64,000 bases of DNA from Obrimoposthia wandeli (Eukaryota), in NCBI GenBank assembly GCA_977020255.1, contig CDROCS010001301.1, positions 124,001 to 188,000 of the forward strand. The letters are read 5' to 3'. The notes beneath the pieces are model-generated. The model saw only the letters and a program-made list of their open reading frames with translations. It had not been told where the DNA came from and did not search any database. Shown here piece after piece: positions 60,601 to 64,000 of the stretch. Made by a program: the position numbers and the translations under genes. The stretch's first letter is position 1, and every line of letters starts with the position of its first letter.

Positions 60601-61563
60601 CGAAGTCATCACCTCCCACTACTGCCCATCAGCAGTATTGACGATGGTCTTCTGTGTCAGGTGGCCCCAGCTGAACTGGAGGGGTTCCTGCTGACCCACC
60701 CCGGCATCGCGGACTGTGGCGTGGTGGGGCTGCCTCACTCGGTATATGGGGAGGTGCCGCAGGCCTTTGTGGTGCGCAAGAAGGGTCACGATGCGGTGAC
60801 TGCGGAGGAGATACAGCGCTTTGTGACTGGTGAGATTGAATGGGAGCTCAGTATGGGCATGGGGGATGCAGCCAGGAATGAAAACACCGTATTTCTTTTG
60901 TTTACTACTGTCCAAGAGACGCTGATATAGCAGAGTCTGTTTATTTCTTCTGCCAGTTCACAACTACTGTAAACGATTGGGTCATCTGCTCAATCGATCA
61001 AATGAACCGCAACTGGAATTCACCGTGTGTGGGGGAATCAAGAGCTGCATCTTTTCACCAATGAAATATCTTGGGACAAATCGTGGGGGGAATTTACAAA
61101 TTGTGGAGTTGTTCAAATGCCATGAGCAGCCACGTGTCTCATTTAAAGAATTTCAGACAACTGTCGATTACTGGCGTGTGTCTCTCAATAGTAAAGCCTA
61201 CAAAACTTTCTCTCAATATAATATCCCTCGAGCACAATGAAAATTCTTTGATTGAAGCCAAAATAAAACATGAAATTTTAACAAAATATTTAATAAGCAA
61301 ATTTTGATATTGCATAATGACACTGAATATTTCCTGTTCCGCTTCTACACTTGTTTATGGCAATTCTACTGTAACTAAACCTTAACCGCTCCGTATCGTG
61401 GAGATGTATGGAGAGTCGTTAGTGTAATGTATGTAATCAATTTCCTGCTCCAGAAAGCCTCAGTGACCCGAAGCATTTGCGAGGCGGAGTCCAATTCCTC
61501 GATGCCATTCCAAAGTCCGCGAGCGGGAAAATTATGAGGAAGAACTTGAAGCAGCTGAAGTGA
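36664..61563 (+). CDS. 4-coumarate-CoA-ligase / firefly-luciferase-like acyl-CoA synthetase (~550 aa)
   Basis: Phase-compatible GT-AG exons: (36664-36684 tentative), 36724-36846, 37398-37608, 37731-37834, 51438-51658, 52551-52719, 53824-54007, 55027-55139, 55618-55765, 58586-58668, 60661-60829, 61454-61563. Motifs [86 protein letters not shown]. Confidence 0.92.
38400..38990 (+). mobile_element. Internally deleted mariner transposon remnant
   Basis: [21 protein letters not shown] (HTH-like) and [33 protein letters not shown] (mariner C-terminus); DDD core missing. Confidence 0.65.
39915..40410. repeat. 163-bp tandem repeat, ~3 copies (intronic)
   Basis: ttcaatctaactataattt at 39928, 40091 and 40254. 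Confidence 0.9.
42190..42616. mobile_element. Orphan Polinton-type terminus related to the 19859-22400 mini-element
   Basis: Ends gtctagactccatcaaagtacctact at 42616, the reverse complement of the 19859 end; ~99-bp subterminal repeats (42282, 42381). No partner end or TSD found. Confidence 0.75.
43572..43707. repeat. 136-bp foldback / MITE-like element
   Basis: ~45-bp inverted arms gtaaagtgtcggttctaaaa...aaagccccccc gaa / ttc ggggggg...ctttg...tttagaaccgacactttac; no TSD seen. Confidence 0.65.
44126..44770 (-). CDS. Conserved divergent Polinton gene, candidate OB-fold ssDNA-binding protein
   Basis: Open frame; likely ATG 44770 (MNSKQTK). Charged N-terminal half, then an aromatic, beta-strand-like domain ending [10 protein letters not shown]...[12 protein letters not shown]. 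Homologs at 13908-14396 and 25256-25660. The SSB call is inference. Confidence 0.6.
   Translation of the reverse strand: MNSKQTKSLKFEKPPTRLTVTDADTDDDVVLISKPKKQTMTSNNKQSKTIKIEKQATNEDLFIDDIVSTPKHKKPFINNRPSGVIFESNDLKYTKPVMFYNWQMNFLKTPIIYGFMFPVALNKSKYDFKIHRLNPSDIDDLNTTFASMHINIIVGNHIIIRADPNLFKRDHDFNVDNIGTGLKWMIVISIQGYKINCTSLHKPIWKITDGQVHL
44895..45392 (+). CDS. TBP-like protein of Polinton C (exons 44895-45024, 45070-45392; 150 aa)
   Basis: [10 protein letters not shown]...TLIIFRS | 45-nt intron gtatgt...attag | GACRIMGCK...[16 protein letters not shown]...[12 protein letters not shown]...[15 protein letters not shown]; spliced frame is open. Confidence 0.9.
45436..46047 (+). pseudogene. BIR-domain (IAP-like) protein
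   Basis: Single frame with two TAA stops: ERLR*...LAKAGFY...DKVKCIYC-x16-H-x6-C ([13 protein letters not shown]), the exact BIR CX2CX16HX6C spacing. No RING motif seen. Confidence 0.85.
46202..46852 (+). CDS. Polinton packaging ATPase (apparently intact)
   Basis: [43 protein letters not shown]; 216 aa open. Confidence 0.92.
   Translation: MMMIKLKNNAVYQIVGPSGSGKTHFVTKLLQNKNMFNQKFGRIYWHYGGVVESGLTRTELGKLKGIHFINDVDNKWSERLNSGDVIVIDDLYDEANKESGFNNLFTKIARHRNVTVIFITKNLFHQGGQHRTRNLNVHYLVLFKNPRVQTVIDFVARQAFPCNKQYLIDAFQDATTNPHGYLFLDFTQECPDDLRVRTDIFNNDFVYKQKKSLSTC
46846..47445 (+). pseudogene. Lys-rich basic Polinton protein ending QKGG plus hydrophobic helix
   Basis: ORF 46846-47262 continues in frame past one TAA to [24 protein letters not shown]. 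Confidence 0.7.
47451..47681 (+). pseudogene. Overprinted small ORF over the integrase 5' end (start ATA, probably a mutated ATG)
   Basis: (M)[22 protein letters not shown]...[17 protein letters not shown]; 76 codons without a stop, same frame offset as 7423-7641. Confidence 0.55.
47497..48531 (+). pseudogene. Polinton integrase (one premature stop at 47929-47931)
   Basis: [42 protein letters not shown]; ORFs 47497-47931 and 47998-48531 share a frame. Confidence 0.93.
48495..49649 (+). pseudogene. Polinton minor capsid protein (one premature TGA at 49479-49481)
   Basis: FYMILPSNS...[18 protein letters not shown]; [25 protein letters not shown]; the frame continues to YRPMYIPL...[10 protein letters not shown]...LTIHVR. 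Confidence 0.85.
49671..50093 (+). CDS. Conserved basic protein upstream of MCP (QQGG/QYGSG/QEGSG motifs)
   Basis: [33 protein letters not shown]; first ATG at 49686. Confidence 0.75.
   Translation: MSITVMNIIETFSGPQQGGELPYFVGKQYGSGWLKTLGRLAFPILKRLGRVGVKTVQDVIMNNKSVLPMLKQHALGEVAGAIPEAKEAFGTVVKIIKNRRKRKASEAAQTVEPETKKQEGSGRKKASSINKRRKQGTIFA
50096..50520 (+). pseudogene. Polinton major capsid protein, N-terminal third
   Basis: [12 protein letters not shown]...EDIYP...[24 protein letters not shown]...MHSLFKSI; homology to the MCP of B stops after IGYD. Confidence 0.88.
51709..52357. repeat. 16-bp minisatellite (~40 copies), intronic
   Basis: Unit cctcgatatgacacaa with variants such as tctcgatatgatgcag. 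Confidence 0.95.
56173..56867. mobile_element. pogo/Tigger-like non-autonomous element
   Basis: Imperfect TIRs TACAACCACTTCTCTTTTTATACGG and (reverse complement) TACACATAATTCTCTTTTTACATGG with TA at both ends. Confidence 0.5.
57310..57372 (+). mobile_element. Transposase C-terminal (hAT dimerisation-like) remnant
   Basis: [20 protein letters not shown] resembles the S..VER.FS motif; very short match. Confidence 0.35.
58731..60557. mobile_element. Non-autonomous element with ~200-bp imperfect TIRs
   Basis: 58731-58925 (gaatgtaggtcgaggtcacatttctcccgag...aaatgcatc...ggtggg...ttttggtcga...aaagtcaagg) is the inverted counterpart of ~60335-60557; AT-rich non-coding interior. Confidence 0.6.
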
Positions 61564-62360
61564 TTCCGCCATCCACAGATTGTGGCAAAGTCTGGCGCCA
61601 CATTTTATGGGCTTCAAGAGATTTTTTATCATTTTCAATCTGTGATTTCTGCACATTTATGCCAAATGCCTCGCGAACAATTTCTACAACAATTGTAAGG
61701 AGTTTTTGCTTGACCATACATTACGGTTGATTTCGTTTCTGAATTACTTTCTTTAGAATAACAAATATTCAATATGGATCAATAACATATCTGCATTACG
61801 CTGTTGGCTTCTGTATGAAGTGGCGTTACTTAGGTTATCCGCATATGTGAAGACTTCCGTGTATATTTACTGTAGTTAGAAGTTTTCCGTCCCTGACATC
61901 TTGTACCGGTTTCACTACATTCCCAATAAGATTTCTTTCATGCTGAAGGGTGAAAACAGGCAAACACATTGGTATATGGGGAAATATGCTTGAAACCACT
62001 TGATGAGTAATACAGTTTAGATCAATTTCTTCCCCTGCATTTATGTTGCAGATAACTTTAACTTAAGGAGATGTTACAGGTGAGAATGCTACGAAAATTT
62101 GGTAACATCATAATCAAGTTGTAAGAAAACAATTATAAAATTCGGGATTATGTACGTATTTTTCAAATTAGTACTACTCCTTTTATAGAGAATTTCAAAG
62201 AGAATTGGAGTGATGAAGTATTTTGTATAACTAAAATCGATTGTAGTATATAGTGTCGGGAACTTTGACGCTTTGATTTAGTACCAACACTACAGTGCCT
62301 AACATGTCTATATATAGTAATTTTTAGACAGAATATCGTTAAATGGCTTAAATTGACTAA

Positions 62361-62429
62361 TCAAGTCTCAAAATCCTGCATACAACACCAAGTCAGGTCT
62401 GGTGTTGTATTCAGGATTTCGAGACTTGA
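62361..62429. repeat. Near-perfect hairpin
   Basis: 30-bp arms (62361-62390, 62400-62429) with 2 mismatches and a 9-nt loop. Confidence 0.8.
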
Positions 62430-62986
62430 CAAAGCACGCATACTACGCCAACAGTAATAGGTTTGACACCGGAGGTACCCTTTGCTGCAAAACCATTTTG
62501 GTGTTGTATGCACAATTTCAAGACCATTTTCAAATATGGCGTCATATCTTACCGTTTAAAACAAAAGTAGAATTTAAGTGACCAAAGTCTCCCTTACGGA
62601 GCCTCCTAAGAGAGGAGCCCTTCATCCGAAGACCGGGCAGCACCTTTGGCAAATATTATATATTTATATTACTTTTGTTTATAGTAAACCTTTAACCTTG
62701 AAAGAATAATAAGTAATAAAAATAATCATTTATTCATGTGATCCGAAGAGCGCATAAAATGTCTAAAGTACTTAGAGTCATAATGATGAAATGATTTTAA
62801 AACTAAAGTGTTTCGATTATATAAAAACGTAACTTCAATATAATTTGTCTACTAATCCAATAACTATAAATAAAGCGATTAAACACAAAAGTTGTATTAA
62901 TATATACAAGTGAATGAGTGTGTGTACAAATGATGACATTAAATAATAATAACAACAATAACAAAACTATATATTTTATTTAAAAA

Positions 62987-64000
62987 TTATTCAGTTAAAC
63001 TAAAATGACCGTAAGCAAGGCTTTTATTCTTACTAACCCATCTCCTTTTATCGTCAAAACATCTTAAAGCAATTTTAGAGTTAAATGTTGTGTGAAGCTG
63101 ATGGTTAACCGATGCTATACGTGACTGGTTAACACTAATAATTTCTTCATTTTCATAACAATTTAAAAGAAATACTCTTAATTTATTTTGAAGTGAATAA
63201 CATTTTGGTTTTAAGAAAACCCATTCATTATAATCAGTACCCGAACTTTCATCTTTAAATTTTGCAATTACAGCTTTAAAGTTTTCTGAATACAATGGAT
63301 GTATTTTAAGATAATTACTCGTATCTAAATACCCATCATTAATCATTTCTTTGAGTAATTTATCCTTATTAATATTCACACTTTCAAGGAAAATAGAATT
63401 TGGGTCCATAGCTACAATTCGATTACTACAATTAAAAGTTTGCTATACCGTTCAAGCTCAACATATTGGAATTGATACATTCGTAATTTAGATAGATCAA
63501 GTACAGCTTGACCGATATATGAAGGTAGATCTAAATATATTCCCTGTTTCTGCATAAGAGCTAAATTTAAATCATCATTTATTTGAGTATGACGTTTAAA
63601 CCAAGGACTCGAAACTAATTTTTCAAATCGTTTATCATTATTACATAATCTAATTTCAAGTTGCCTCTTAAGATTCTCAACCGTTTACCGTAAACGGAAT
63701 TCTCTTTTAATTTGTAAAACTCATATTCAAACTTATTAACACTAGTTTCCCACTTGTTTGAATTAAAATCTATACATTGTTTTAAAACGGGTGCTTGTCT
63801 AAATCGAATAGCCCTATGAATTTTTAAGATTTCAGCACCAAGAAAAACATAGAATTGTAGTAAATGGAAATGTATTACATAATGTTCTTTATCATTATGT
63901 GTTAAAAGTAATTTAGGAGTTTTTGAGTTTGGTGGACACAAGTAAATTCTTTTCACTTCCAACTAAATTCAAAATATCATCAATATTATCATGCACCCAT
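62987..64000 (-). pseudogene. Polinton pPolB, C-terminal part (continues beyond window)
   Basis: FYKLKENSVYGK, YIGQAVLDLSK, YLDTSNY...HPLYS...KFKDE, KPKCYS, DDKR...SLAYGH across frameshifted ORFs. Confidence 0.88.

Noticed and set aside
36664-61563. Bioluminescent luciferase
   Set aside because: Motifs only place it in the 4CL/luciferase-like acyl-CoA synthetase group, most members of which are not luciferases.
1-64000. Prokaryotic or free-phage origin, and a specific host species assignment
   Set aside because: Spliceosomal introns, a bZIP gene and eukaryotic transposons indicate an animal-like nuclear genome; the sequence alone does not identify the taxon.

Overview
Animal-like eukaryotic genomic DNA: AT-rich background, GC-richer exons, GT-AG introns. 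There are two host genes: the last exon of a Fos/ATF3-family bZIP gene (1032-1844) and a ~25-kb, 11-12-exon 4-coumarate-CoA-ligase/luciferase-like acyl-CoA synthetase (~36.7-61.6 kb). Roughly half of the window is decayed Polinton/Maverick (adintovirus-like) DNA from at least three divergent families. The pieces are fragment E (~4.0-4.3 kb), A (+, ~5.0-12.2 kb), D (-, ~12.25-15.5 kb), B (-, 15.5-26.1 kb), C (+, ~44.1-50.5 kb, inside a 13.6-kb host intron), an orphan terminus at 42.6 kb and a pPolB remnant at the right edge. They carry the usual core genes (packaging ATPase, integrase with chromodomain-like tail, minor and major capsid proteins, adenain-like protease, pPolB). They also share an unusual left-arm module: a two-repeat TATA-binding-protein-like gene with a position-conserved 30-45 nt spliceosomal intron, a divergent conserved gene (possibly an OB-fold SSB), and a variable slot holding either a BIR/IAP gene or a small tail-anchored protein. 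A conserved MG-/CC-containing ORF is overprinted on the integrase 5' end, and the protease gene also has a tiny intron. B is interrupted by a ~0.7-kb Polinton-ended mini-element (6-bp TSD) that itself contains a solo LTR, and by a truncated hAT element. MULE, mariner, pogo-like and long-TIR remnants plus minisatellites fill the rest. All homology calls come from reading motifs by eye; no searches were run, and boundaries marked ~ are approximate.
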